From positions 198,206 through 262,205 of the forward strand of contig OY970230.1 in assembly GCA_963714095.1 (NCBI GenBank): a DNA stretch of 64,000 bases. Direction: 5' to 3'. This document shows positions 40,021-49,954 of the stretch, piece after piece. The DNA is from Candidatus Gottesmanbacteria bacterium. Its GTDB lineage: Bacteria > Patescibacteriota > Microgenomatia > UBA10105 > UBA927. The translations under genes and the position numbers were made by a program. Every line of letters begins with the position of its first letter. Position 1 is the first letter of the stretch. The notes under the pieces are model-generated. The model was not told where the DNA came from and made no database searches. It was given only the letters and a program-made list of their open reading frames with translations.

Positions 40021-41694
40021 TTAATATTCCTTGCTCAATTGCTCACGAACAACACCACGAATATCGTTTGATATATCCCTCACAATATGTATGTCTCCGA
40101 AATAAGATAATGCGATGATTTGGTCGGTTTTTAATAAAGAATTATGTTTAAATAGATCTATTAACGCGTGAGTGTCCGTAAAATATCCGAAACCCATACC
40201 GTTAACTTCTCGATATCCTTGTTGATTTACCCCCCACAAAAAAGCATCTTTTTGAGACAGCAATGCAGGGGACACTTTACCGCTTTTGTAGTACATGCAC
40301 ATCAGCGTATACCCTATCCCCTGTTGAAACGGTAAATGTTGATTCGGAATCAGATAAAAATTCTCCACGTTACCGGATATATAAAATATCGGGTTTTTGG
40401 GAGGCATAGGTATAATAGTTAAAACCTGTTTAATAACGGATTGGCGTTCCTCTGCAACAACAATCTGGCCTCCGACATCTCGTCTGATGAATTGTATATT
40501 CTTATACAAATATCCAAGGCAAATCAACAAAATTAAAGAAACAACGCTTCGACGTATAAACGCAGACGTTGACTTTAGCTTGCTTAAGAAAATATCCGTA
40601 TAGATACCAAGTAATATTCCCCCTCCCGCCATGCTGAAGTAAAAATATCGGGAATCCAAATAACTTGACCCTCTTATAAGGACGGCATATGGTAAAAAGC
40701 TACAAAGAATCAAAAATGTTCCAGCAAAAATTACATTCCTCTTGTCTTTCAATATAACTGCTGTAATTGCGATACCTATTAATAAAATAATCGAGACGGA
40801 AAGAAATAGCGTATCTGTATAATGAGAAATTAAACCCAACGACGGGCTTATTTTGACAACTAACGGGTAAGGAATAAATACCTGTGAAAAAGAAATAACC
40901 GGATAAAAAATTACATTCTTACTAATTTGTACAACACCACCGGAAGACTGACCGACAAAGGCACCAACTTGCGTCGATGGCTGCATGAATTGGATAATAT
41001 TGACAAAAACGATAATAGAAAAAAATAGTATTAATGGCAAAAACAGTTTGATAATTTTTCGTAATTTCAATTTCCCGCGATTGAGCAACAGAAGCAGTAC
41101 AGGCAAAAAAATAACCAGACTGATACTAAGCTCTTTCAAATAATAGGACATAATCAGGCATAATTGAGCCCAGACAACATATATATTTTTATTTTTCCGT
41201 ATATACATGACGGTCAATAAGATAGAAAACAAACTTAAAAAAGATGATGCAAGCGTAGGTGGACTCGTGGCAAACCAACTTAAGGCCTGAATTCCGTTAT
41301 ACGATGCAACAAAAAACATCCCTGCTACCCATGCGGCAATAAGATTTCCAGTGAGCAGACTGACAATCCCAAATACAAGAATTCCGTTTGCAGCGTGCAT
41401 AATGATAGAAAATAGGGCAAACGGCCATACCTGGAACGGGAAAATACGAAAAAATATGTAAAGGATTGGCACCGTCAGCGGGCGCCCAGTTCCCAATAAA
41501 AGCTGAAACCACGTTTCCCCTTTTAAGTTTCCGCTTAGACCGTTCGATAGGAACAACCCTAATCCAGCCCACTCGTCCTGTTGATAAAACGTTTTGAATA
41601 ATCCGCTGTATGCGGTGATAGTCAATACAAGGGAACACAGAGAAAAAATAATAAAAGATGTCTTTGAAAAACTAGACTGCTTCTTCATAATCAT
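40021..41694 (-). CDS. polytopic membrane protein (GT-C-like or polymerase candidate)
   Basis: About 13 hydrophobic helices. Early loop FYQQDEWAGLGLF acidic motif. Confidence 0.35.
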   Translation of the reverse strand: MIMKKQSSFSKTSFIIFSLCSLVLTITAYSGLFKTFYQQDEWAGLGLFLSNGLSGNLKGETWFQLLLGTGRPLTVPILYIFFRIFPFQVWPFALFSIIMHAANGILVFGIVSLLTGNLIAAWVAGMFFVASYNGIQALSWFATSPPTLASSFLSLFSILLTVMYIRKNKNIYVVWAQLCLIMSYYLKELSISLVIFLPVLLLLLNRGKLKLRKIIKLFLPLILFFSIIVFVNIIQFMQPSTQVGAFVGQSSGGVVQISKNVIFYPVISFSQVFIPYPLVVKISPSLGLISHYTDTLFLSVSIILLIGIAITAVILKDKRNVIFAGTFLILCSFLPYAVLIRGSSYLDSRYFYFSMAGGGILLGIYTDIFLSKLKSTSAFIRRSVVSLILLICLGYLYKNIQFIRRDVGGQIVVAEERQSVIKQVLTIIPMPPKNPIFYISGNVENFYLIPNQHLPFQQGIGYTLMCMYYKSGKVSPALLSQKDAFLWGVNQQGYREVNGMGFGYFTDTHALIDLFKHNSLLKTDQIIALSYFGDIHIVRDISNDIRGVVREQLSKEY

Positions 41695-42709
41695 ATTTTC
41701 CCGAAAGAAAAGATGCGTAATAACGGTAATTCGGATACTTCATGATCATGGGAAATAGTTGTGAGTCTGCTTTTTTCCGTATAACCCGCTGAATATAGGC
41801 ACGTTGATGCATCGTTTTCCCAATTGAACGAATATTCCACCATATTGCCCGATGAATTGCCAACCATAATGAAAATTTACCTCTGAGGAGCATATACCAT
41901 GCCATACAAAGGGACAAAAACAGGTGAAACGGAACTATTTCAAAAATCGCGGGCGTACCAAGATTCTTGGTATAGGAATTAATCCTGTTTTTAAACGAAT
42001 GAAACTGAATAAATGCGTTATTCATGGAACTGCTCGTTGCGCCCATTTTGTGGTAAATAATGGATTTATATGCATACACAATTTTATACCCCGCAAGCCA
42101 CACACGGTGACACATATCAGTTTCCTCAAAATATGCAAAATAATCAGGATCGAATATATTTCCATTAATAGATATCAGGCTCAAAACAGATTTTTTAAAC
42201 ATCATACATGCGCCTTTGGCTGTATAGAGATAAATCTGTTTATCGTATTTCGGCTGGTCTTTTTTTCCGAAACCGTAATGATACAAAAAACCCGTCGGCG
42301 TCAGAAATGCGCCCACACTATCGTATGTATCGGGCCTATCCATAAGAAGAATTTTACTTTGAGCACACGCGATTTTTTTATCGGTTTCCAATATCTCAAC
42401 TAATTCCGTGAGAAACGTTTTCGTCACCCGCGTGTCGTTATTAAGAAACAAAACATATTTCCCTTTCGATTCCCTATACCCGATGTTATTGGCATCTGAG
42501 AAACCAAGATTCTTTTTGTTTATAAGAATTTTAGTTTTGGGGTACTGTTTTTTAACCCAATCCACCGAACCGTCTTTAGAAGCGTTATCAACGAAAATTA
42601 TTTCATAATTTTTATAGTCCTGTTTCGCAAGCGAACCAAAACATTCCGGCAACCACTGTATTCCGTTCCAATTTACTATAATAATAGATACTAACTGATT
42701 GATTTTCAT
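41672..42709 (-). CDS. glycosyltransferase family 2
   Basis: VSIIIVNWNGIQWLPECFGSLAKQ ... IIFVDNASKDGS. Confidence 0.8.
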   Translation of the reverse strand: MKINQLVSIIIVNWNGIQWLPECFGSLAKQDYKNYEIIFVDNASKDGSVDWVKKQYPKTKILINKKNLGFSDANNIGYRESKGKYVLFLNNDTRVTKTFLTELVEILETDKKIACAQSKILLMDRPDTYDSVGAFLTPTGFLYHYGFGKKDQPKYDKQIYLYTAKGACMMFKKSVLSLISINGNIFDPDYFAYFEETDMCHRVWLAGYKIVYAYKSIIYHKMGATSSSMNNAFIQFHSFKNRINSYTKNLGTPAIFEIVPFHLFLSLCMAWYMLLRGKFSLWLAIHRAIWWNIRSIGKTMHQRAYIQRVIRKKADSQLFPMIMKYPNYRYYASFLSGKYDYEEAV

Positions 42710-42771
42710 ATAAACGGACCTGTGTTCATTTATTTCTTATTGCAAATGCTAGAATTATATACGTATCAATA

Positions 42772-43587
42772 CTATCTTTTTGTAAATACGAACAATCCGC
42801 ATCCGTAATCCGAATTTGCTAAAATACGCTGAGCTATGTGCTCTCGAAAATTTCCTTGATCATCAACACCAGATAGTTCAACAAGTTGTAAATCTTTAAA
42901 ATAATCAAGTATTTGTTGGGGAGAATGGACCCTGTGGGCATTAAAACATAAACGTGGTTTTCCTACCGGAAGAGAAAAATAGAGTTTACCATGTTTAGAA
43001 AGCACACGAACGAGTTCTTTGCATGCTTTCTTTGTCCCATAAGGATCTAAACGATCACCATATCTGCCCAACCCAATATGTTCAGCAACGTGAAGGCAAG
43101 ATAAGGAATCAATTGAGTTGTCCCTAAACGGCAAATCAAGTATATTACCCTTCTGTGAATCAAGATTATGTAATTTTGCCTGGAGTGGACGTATATCAAT
43201 AAACGTTACTTTAGTGAAAGAAGATAAATGACCAACCAAAAAAATACTTGATCCTATATCATAGTGGTGTTTTACACGGGATTCATAAATTTTTTTACTT
43301 GCCCATGTATCCTGATAAAAATAGTGCTTATCAAAATCTGTTTTTGGTGTCCGGTCATAAATCATAGGATATGTATCAAGTAATGCAAGAGGCTCCGCCC
43401 CTTTCATGGCGGCGTATCGAATCATATCGTAAACGTACCGACCATATCGGGGTATCGAAATAAATAACCTTATTGGATCGATGATAGGATTAATGCTTCG
43501 ATATATAAAGTATTCAACATCAAGACGAACGTTATGGAATTTCTTCATAGGGAGGATTGTATAGTTTTTCCATTTCGTTGTATACAA
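42772..43587 (-). CDS. putative class I SAM-dependent methyltransferase (DUF268-like)
   Basis: HYDIGSSIFLVGH (SAM-binding-like) and LPFRDNSIDSLSCLHVAEHIGLGRYGDRLDPYG resemble the DUF268 methyltransferase-fold family. Recalled similarity only. Confidence 0.45.
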   Translation of the reverse strand: MYTTKWKNYTILPMKKFHNVRLDVEYFIYRSINPIIDPIRLFISIPRYGRYVYDMIRYAAMKGAEPLALLDTYPMIYDRTPKTDFDKHYFYQDTWASKKIYESRVKHHYDIGSSIFLVGHLSSFTKVTFIDIRPLQAKLHNLDSQKGNILDLPFRDNSIDSLSCLHVAEHIGLGRYGDRLDPYGTKKACKELVRVLSKHGKLYFSLPVGKPRLCFNAHRVHSPQQILDYFKDLQLVELSGVDDQGNFREHIAQRILANSDYGCGLFVFTKR

Positions 43588-43593
43588 ATCCCT

Positions 43594-44421
43594 TCATAAA
43601 GTTATCCTTCCAACTAAATAGCCAATCCCCAATACTCCCATTTCGCATGACTTCATAAACAACATACCTATTCCAACGAAAGGATTTGTAAATAATAGGC
43701 GAGGTTGAGAGAAAAATAAACCAAAACGGGAATGAATACTTCCCTGCCGCCGTCCATATTGTGCATTAGATTTCTTTTTCAGATATTGCGGCACTCGTTT
43801 ACCGTAATAATATTTCTTACTCAGAGTTTTAATAAGCGATAACCGTCCTTCATTATGGAAGATATATGAGGCAATTCGTCCGATAGAGTCTTTCCCGTAT
43901 CTTTCTTTTAGTCGCTGCGGCAAATCATAGTCTTCCGGTCCTGTAAGTTCTTCATCATAACCGCCGAGTTTAATAAATATATCCTTCCGGTAAAAACGTG
44001 CCGCTTCGATCCATTCAACACCTTCGTAAAAGGATCTCTCCAATGCCTTACAGTCTGACCAAAATCCGGCACCGACCGATCGCTCGGGAATAATAACGGC
44101 AGTGTATTTATTCGTTAGCACTGTTTTAACACACTCCAGAACAATATTGGGTGATAATATCATGTCGGCGTCTACGAAAAGAAGATAGTCTCCTTTTGCC
44201 TTTTTTGCACCAAAATTACGCTGGGCAGACCGTTCCGGCCCCCTATCATAGACCAAAGCATCCAGTTCTTCCGCTATATTTTTTGTCCCGTCTGAAGATG
44301 CATTATCTACAACTATCAATTCAATGAACTGATATGATTGTTTTTGTATACTGGAAAGGCATGCGCGAATATTAGCTTCCTCATTACGCGTTGTAACAAT
44401 GACAGATACGAGTGTTTTCAT
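43594..44421 (-). CDS. glycosyltransferase family 2
   Basis: VSVIVTTRNEEANIRACLSSIQKQ ... LIVVDNASSDGT. Start trimmed to the ATG of MKTLVSVIV. The ORF-track 5' extension is not GT2-like. Confidence 0.75.
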   Translation of the reverse strand: MKTLVSVIVTTRNEEANIRACLSSIQKQSYQFIELIVVDNASSDGTKNIAEELDALVYDRGPERSAQRNFGAKKAKGDYLLFVDADMILSPNIVLECVKTVLTNKYTAVIIPERSVGAGFWSDCKALERSFYEGVEWIEAARFYRKDIFIKLGGYDEELTGPEDYDLPQRLKERYGKDSIGRIASYIFHNEGRLSLIKTLSKKYYYGKRVPQYLKKKSNAQYGRRQGSIHSRFGLFFSQPRLLFTNPFVGIGMLFMKSCEMGVLGIGYLVGRITL

Positions 44422-44500
44422 AAGTACAATTTCCTTGATTGTATCAAAAGCCGGACATTTCTTCTTGTAAGACATATAGAAGCGTCCTATACTTATCCGC

Positions 44501-45010
44501 ATGAATCGTTCAGGTATTACTTTTGTCTTATTATTCATTCTATTACTGTCCCTTTGCACAACCGTACATGCCACGTCATGCCAAACGATACCAATGGAGC
44601 AAAAAATGTATCTTAAAATTATGGATCTTCGTGATAGGGCAATGATCTTTTTTCTCATGGACCCGCTCAAGAAAATTTCATATAGGCAAAAACGGGCGGA
44701 TGAACTCTATCAACAGGCTTCCCAAACTACCAATCCCTCGCTCACATATGCGGAAGCACTTCGGGCGGAAGATTCAATAACGCAACTTGTGAGTGATATT
44801 CGGTCATTACCAAATACCGAAAAAGTTGATATCGTTAGTTTAGAACAGTCAATGCGGCAGCATCAGCAAATTATTTCTTCAATGAAAACTAATTGTGATT
44901 GGAGCCTGATTAACCAGTTTATTCAAAAAAACAGATTTATTGCAAGACAACTCTATTTTGAACGATTACCGACTGATAAAAACCAGCAGTTATTTAAGGA
45001 AATCCGATAA
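44501..45010 (+). CDS. small secreted protein (hypothetical)
   Basis: Signal peptide FVLLFILLLSLCTTVHATS, then a hydrophilic, probably helical 145-aa domain. Plus-strand island between minus-strand genes. Confidence 0.4.
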   Translation: MNRSGITFVLLFILLLSLCTTVHATSCQTIPMEQKMYLKIMDLRDRAMIFFLMDPLKKISYRQKRADELYQQASQTTNPSLTYAEALRAEDSITQLVSDIRSLPNTEKVDIVSLEQSMRQHQQIISSMKTNCDWSLINQFIQKNRFIARQLYFERLPTDKNQQLFKEIR

Positions 45011-46997
45011 CACGAATAGAAATATCTTTCCATTGACATGTGCCGAGATTCTGTTGAAATATCCGGATACCCTGAAGTTCCTCTCCTGCAAATTGTTCTA
45101 CTGCGCGTGAATCGGGATAGACATTTAGTTCACCGGCAAAATCCGCCGGTTGTTCAGAAAAACGATACCACGTAGTGCCGTCCGAGGAACCAAAAATATA
45201 CGCACTTGCGATAGGGTACGCACATTCGGGCTTAACAAAGTTAAACTCAATTCTTTTCACCCTGTTTTGCTTTTCCATACGCAATTCCAACAGATCAGAC
45301 GCCTTTTCCGTCACCTCAAACTTCTCATTTCTTTCATGGGTCATATCTACGCCGTGCGCAAGATGCAACGGGTCGTTTTTCCATATATACAGAAGCGGAA
45401 CACCATCAATCTGAACCGTATAAACCGGAGTGAGCATATTACGCAGAAAACGCATCCGGAAAAAATCATTGACGTTCAAACCCGGATATGTCAATTCCAT
45501 TACATATTCTCCTTGTTGCGCATAGAGGTCGGAATTCGTACCCACGAGGACTAAATCGTTCCGAAAATAGACCGTTGGAACCGCCGAAAAAATTGCGGTA
45601 CCGAGAGCTATCTTTGATCCGAGTTCGGCATGAGCATTAATCCAAAGAGCTCCCTGTTTATATGCATTTCCATACGTATTATTTGCGCCATCCAAACCAT
45701 ATTTCATGGCGCCGGGTAATCCTCCGATGAGTGCGTTATAATACACGTTTTCGTTCGGATGTAATTGAACCATTGTATAGATAATCGGTATATATCCCGA
45801 AATCGCAATCAGAATAATGATCTGCCGTATCGCCCGCCTTTTTTGCAATCGCATAACATGTTCAACTGCTACTCCACAAAGGAGTGATAAGGGGATCATA
45901 TACTCCATAATTTGACGCAGGCTGCCGCCATATAAATACTCGAGGGGAATTGTTGCCCGACCTACTGTAACAAAAATCCAAAGTAACCAAAGAAAAACCG
46001 CGCTGCTTTTACCGAAAGCATATTTCCAGCCAATAACACTCCCCGTCAAAAAAAACAGAAGCGTCGGAATTGGCATCGACGTGCATAACACTACTATGGT
46101 ATTCCAGTCTGAACAATGCACGAACCAGGGAATCGTACCAAAATAATATCCGCAGCTATTTGCGGCATTGGATACTCCCAAATAATACTGAATTACCTGG
46201 AATGTCTTCTGAATCGGCGATGACCACAATGCCGGATACGATATGAAAAACATCCCATATGCAATAATCGGAATAACGATACAGGAGGTAATAACTATCC
46301 GCCGGAGCGGTTTTTTCTCCCACCACCTCAGGGATATAAACCACGGAATGAGAATAAATACAGAAAATACTATATTGAACTTGGTCCCGAGGGATAATCC
46401 GAAAAAAATTGCCGAAACGAAAACCGGCCAATATTTTTTGTATTCAACGGCGAACCATAGAAAAAATAGCGCACCTGTATAATATGAAGCAACCAACGGA
46501 TCCTTAATATTAAAATGCTGTTCGGCAAACAACAGCGGCAACGTGATTAAGGAACACACCGAAAAAAAAGACGCTACAGGACCAAAAACCAGATATGACC
46601 AGCATCCGACTAGGACGACCATGAAGAGAGTCATAAGCAAAACATACACTTCATAGCTTTCAATATCTCCGACTAATCCAAATTTACCCCACAGAATTCT
46701 GTTTGTTGCCGCCATCAAAATGTCAGAAAGCGGCGGGTGACCAATAGTCATTTTCGTCGTCCATGCCCAATCTAACGGACTATTCTGGTAATAACTTAAC
46801 CTTTTGGATTTGAGATCAGGCTTGTCAGTTTTACCAGTTTCAAAAAATCGTAAATAGATATTTCCCCGGACCAAATGCTGATACGTGTCCCAATTTACAC
46901 CGTAATCGTAGATGGTTTTAAACGATAATACGGAAAAAACCGCGATAAGGAAGAGTGTCGGAAATATTCGCCATTTCATATTTTTTGCATACAGCAA
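44994..46997 (-). CDS. GT-C fold membrane glycosyltransferase-like with soluble C-terminal domain
   Basis: Early loop DYGVNWDTYQHLVRGNIYLRFF. About 13 TM in the first 400 aa. About 220-aa hydrophilic C-terminal domain. Confidence 0.45.
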   Translation of the reverse strand: MLYAKNMKWRIFPTLFLIAVFSVLSFKTIYDYGVNWDTYQHLVRGNIYLRFFETGKTDKPDLKSKRLSYYQNSPLDWAWTTKMTIGHPPLSDILMAATNRILWGKFGLVGDIESYEVYVLLMTLFMVVLVGCWSYLVFGPVASFFSVCSLITLPLLFAEQHFNIKDPLVASYYTGALFFLWFAVEYKKYWPVFVSAIFFGLSLGTKFNIVFSVFILIPWFISLRWWEKKPLRRIVITSCIVIPIIAYGMFFISYPALWSSPIQKTFQVIQYYLGVSNAANSCGYYFGTIPWFVHCSDWNTIVVLCTSMPIPTLLFFLTGSVIGWKYAFGKSSAVFLWLLWIFVTVGRATIPLEYLYGGSLRQIMEYMIPLSLLCGVAVEHVMRLQKRRAIRQIIILIAISGYIPIIYTMVQLHPNENVYYNALIGGLPGAMKYGLDGANNTYGNAYKQGALWINAHAELGSKIALGTAIFSAVPTVYFRNDLVLVGTNSDLYAQQGEYVMELTYPGLNVNDFFRMRFLRNMLTPVYTVQIDGVPLLYIWKNDPLHLAHGVDMTHERNEKFEVTEKASDLLELRMEKQNRVKRIEFNFVKPECAYPIASAYIFGSSDGTTWYRFSEQPADFAGELNVYPDSRAVEQFAGEELQGIRIFQQNLGTCQWKDISIRVIGFP

Positions 46998-47680
46998 TAA
47001 ATATTGGTAAACCCCCGTTCCTTTTGATATTCCTCGTCCAATTTTCGCTCAAAAAATCGGGCGAAAAATGGGGATCTGCGGAAAATCCATTTTGATATAT
47101 AAAGATTTAAAATCCAGGCTGTTTCCCACCATGCACCGGCACATTGGATTTTAACAATCTTCATGCCTGACCCCCGGACATACGCGATAATCGAACCTAC
47201 CGTATAATGCCTGTGGCCAGTTAACCAAAACGCCGGATCCAATAACGTGCTAATAATAAACCGGTGCGGCGTAGAAATATAACACGCACCACCCCGTTTC
47301 AGTACGCGGGAAATCTCCCGAAACATTATATATTCCGTTCCTTTTGGAATGTGCTCGAGAACTTCCCACGATACGACTGTATCAAACGAACGTTTTGGAA
47401 AAGGTATTACTGTGGCGCTGCCGACGATAAAATGAATTTTTTTGTCATAAATAGACCGCTTCGCCGTACGAAAATCTTCCTCAGTCAACTCAGTTCCCAC
47501 GATAGATCGGACGTTATTTTTTTTCGCAAATACCTCAAACCACCCATACCCGCAGCCGATATCGAGAACTTTTTTATATGTTATATCACCGATCCGTACA
47601 AAAGAAGCCGTAAAACGCAGACGTTCATGAAGCGGAGCATATGGCGATACCTTGGTGATATTTTTCATACAGGGCGACAA
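46976..47680 (-). CDS. class I SAM-dependent methyltransferase
   Basis: VLDIGCGYGWFEV motif I, VVSWEVLEHI and LKRGGACYISTP motifs. Confidence 0.75.
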   Translation of the reverse strand: MSPCMKNITKVSPYAPLHERLRFTASFVRIGDITYKKVLDIGCGYGWFEVFAKKNNVRSIVGTELTEEDFRTAKRSIYDKKIHFIVGSATVIPFPKRSFDTVVSWEVLEHIPKGTEYIMFREISRVLKRGGACYISTPHRFIISTLLDPAFWLTGHRHYTVGSIIAYVRGSGMKIVKIQCAGAWWETAWILNLYISKWIFRRSPFFARFFERKLDEEYQKERGFTNIYCCMQKI

Positions 47681-47720
47681 ATAACTCCTTGCTTATACCT
47701 ATGATTCGCACAAAATACCC

Positions 47721-49031
47721 TTATCGCAGGTTTTGTAATCGGAAAAATGATTCCAATGTTTTTTCTATATATCCGATCATTTGAACTGTAATACCGGGCC
47801 AGACTCCTATCCAAAATCCGTAATTCATAACCGTGTCTGAATTTTTCATAGATCCGGAAATACGTATATCTTTTCTACCGATATAGGCGGGGTGACGAAG
47901 AAGGTTTCCGGCAAACAGATTTCGGGTCCCGATGTTATGTTCCTCCAAATACTTGACCAATTCCAGCCGTGTAAATGGCGCAGTATCTTTGACAACCAGC
48001 ATAAATCCGAACCAGCAGGGGTCAGAGACCGGATCCCACTCGGGCAAAATAAAATATTTCTCATATTTTTTGAAAAAATCATATAGAAGGGTGAAATTTC
48101 TCTTACGCTTTTTTATAAATACGGGAAGTTTTTTTAACTGGGCAACGCCGATAGCCGCCTGAAAATCAGTCAGCTTGAGATTGTAACCGATTTGAGAATA
48201 AATATATTTATGATCGTATCCTTTCGGCAGTTCCCCAAGCTGCCAGCCAAAACGCCGTTTGCATGTATTGTCCTTCCCCGTATCGCACCAGCAATCCCTC
48301 CCCCAATCACGGAACTGACGCAGAGCCTTATGAATCAGAGGATTATTCGTCACAATCGCCCCGCCTTCGCCCATGGTAATCTGATGTGCCGGATAAAAAG
48401 AAAAGGTCCCGATATGGCCAAACGTGCTTAACTTTTTGCCCTGATATGTCGATCCGAGCCCGTCGCAGCAATCCTCAATAAACCATAGATTATACTTCAC
48501 TACGAGCCGCATAATGCCCTCTATGGGCAAAGGATTCCCGAGGGTATGTGCAAGCATGATAACCCTTGTTTTCTTCGTTATAGCCTGTTCTATAGCCTCA
48601 CACGTAGGATTTCTTGTCCCCAAATCAACATCTACGAATACCGGCACGCATTTATTCTGAATAATAGGATTAACGGTCGTCGGAAAGGCACACGCTGCGG
48701 CGATGATTTCATCTCCCGGCTTGAGTGCTTTTTTGCCGAATACGGAAGACGTGAGGGCGGTCAATGCCAGCAAGTTGGCGGAAGATCCGGAATTTACCAG
48801 TGTTACGTATCGTATGCCGAGATACGAAGCAAAATTCTTTTCAAACTTTTTGGCAAACTCCCCCTCCGTCCACCACCCGTCCAGCACTGCTTCCGCACCA
48901 CTGAGCAATTCCTGTTGGTCAAACACTTTCCCGGAAACCGGTACTGAAGACTTTCCGGGTTTAAATGGACGGGTGGAATATTTCTGACGTGCGTATGAAC
49001 GAATTAGCCCTGCAATATTTGCTGGCATCAT
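47721..49031 (-). CDS. PMP-dependent nucleotide-sugar 3-dehydrase, E1 (CDP-6-deoxy-D-xylo-4-hexulose-3-dehydrase, RfbH/DdhC)-like
   Basis: DegT-family fold with NSGSSANLLALTAL. The normally conserved Schiff-base Lys is replaced by His (SFYPAHQITMGEGG), the hallmark of E1/ColD dehydrases. Cys cluster DCWCDTGKDNTCKRRF is consistent with the E1 Fe-S site. 436 aa. Confidence 0.7.
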   Translation of the reverse strand: MMPANIAGLIRSYARQKYSTRPFKPGKSSVPVSGKVFDQQELLSGAEAVLDGWWTEGEFAKKFEKNFASYLGIRYVTLVNSGSSANLLALTALTSSVFGKKALKPGDEIIAAACAFPTTVNPIIQNKCVPVFVDVDLGTRNPTCEAIEQAITKKTRVIMLAHTLGNPLPIEGIMRLVVKYNLWFIEDCCDGLGSTYQGKKLSTFGHIGTFSFYPAHQITMGEGGAIVTNNPLIHKALRQFRDWGRDCWCDTGKDNTCKRRFGWQLGELPKGYDHKYIYSQIGYNLKLTDFQAAIGVAQLKKLPVFIKKRKRNFTLLYDFFKKYEKYFILPEWDPVSDPCWFGFMLVVKDTAPFTRLELVKYLEEHNIGTRNLFAGNLLRHPAYIGRKDIRISGSMKNSDTVMNYGFWIGVWPGITVQMIGYIEKTLESFFRLQNLR

Positions 49032-49954
49032 ATATTTTTCTTCAAAATCGACTGAATTGTTTCTATAATTTGGTTGACAGTCAAACCGTTGGCCTCTCTC
49101 ATATATTCCTGCAAACCCATACCTTTCGTAAACCTATCGGGTACACCGATTCGCCTGAAAGGAATTGCATTACCGTGTTCCGCGAGTATTTCCGATACTG
49201 CGCTTCCTAATCCTCCGATTACACTGTGTTCCTCCAAAGTAAATATCGCTTTCGTGTATTTTGCGGAATCCAAAATCAATTGCTGATCTATGGGTTTTAT
49301 TGTATGCATACTGATCAACCGTCCCTGCATTCCCTGAATGGCAAGTTTCTCAACCACATCTATACCGCGTGCGACAAGCGTTGATGTTGCAATAAGACAA
49401 TAGTCCTTTCCTTTCCTCAGGATAATACCCTTACCAATTTTAAAATGCGGCGGCTTATCATACAAACGAGGTTCTCCGGCTTTCCCGATCCGCAGATAGA
49501 CGGGACCTTTGTGCATCAAGGCGGCCCGCGTCGCTAGCTCCGCCTCTATCGGATCTGCCGGGCAGACTATTGTCATGTTCGGGAGGGTTCGCATTATACC
49601 GATATCTTCCAGACTATGATGTGTATGTCCGTAGGGACCGTATGCGAATCCCGCCCCAACACCGACAATTTTAACATTCAAATTTTGATAGCAAATATCA
49701 TTCCTCACCTGTTCAAAATTCCGCATGGTAACAAACGGAATAATAGAATAGATAATAGGAATTTTTCCCTCAAGCGCCATACCCGCCGCGACCCCTGTCA
49801 TGTTCTGCTCGGCAATCCCCATATTAATATATTGCCGGGGCACCTCATGAATATACTTTTCAAAAACGGAATATCCCAAATCTCCTGTAAGCAGGATGAT
49901 CCGTCTATCTTGTTTTGCCAACTGAAGTATCGTTTTCGTAAATGCTATTCTCAT
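49028..49954 (-). CDS. transketolase, C-terminal (pyrimidine-binding) subunit
   Basis: ITISSHVADRIKKYY... hmm not applicable; actual motifs: GIAEQNMTGVAAGMALEG, HTHHSLEDIGIMRTLPNMTIV. 308 aa. Confidence 0.8.
   Translation of the reverse strand: MRIAFTKTILQLAKQDRRIILLTGDLGYSVFEKYIHEVPRQYINMGIAEQNMTGVAAGMALEGKIPIIYSIIPFVTMRNFEQVRNDICYQNLNVKIVGVGAGFAYGPYGHTHHSLEDIGIMRTLPNMTIVCPADPIEAELATRAALMHKGPVYLRIGKAGEPRLYDKPPHFKIGKGIILRKGKDYCLIATSTLVARGIDVVEKLAIQGMQGRLISMHTIKPIDQQLILDSAKYTKAIFTLEEHSVIGGLGSAVSEILAEHGNAIPFRRIGVPDRFTKGMGLQEYMREANGLTVNQIIETIQSILKKNI

Noticed and set aside
44422-44670. 5' extension of GT2 ORF 43594..44670 (MSGSMRKKIIALSRR...)
   Set aside because: The conserved GT2 N-terminus (MKTLVSVIVTTRNEE) begins at the ATG at 44421. 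The extension lacks GT2 similarity and overlaps the plus-strand secreted-protein ORF.
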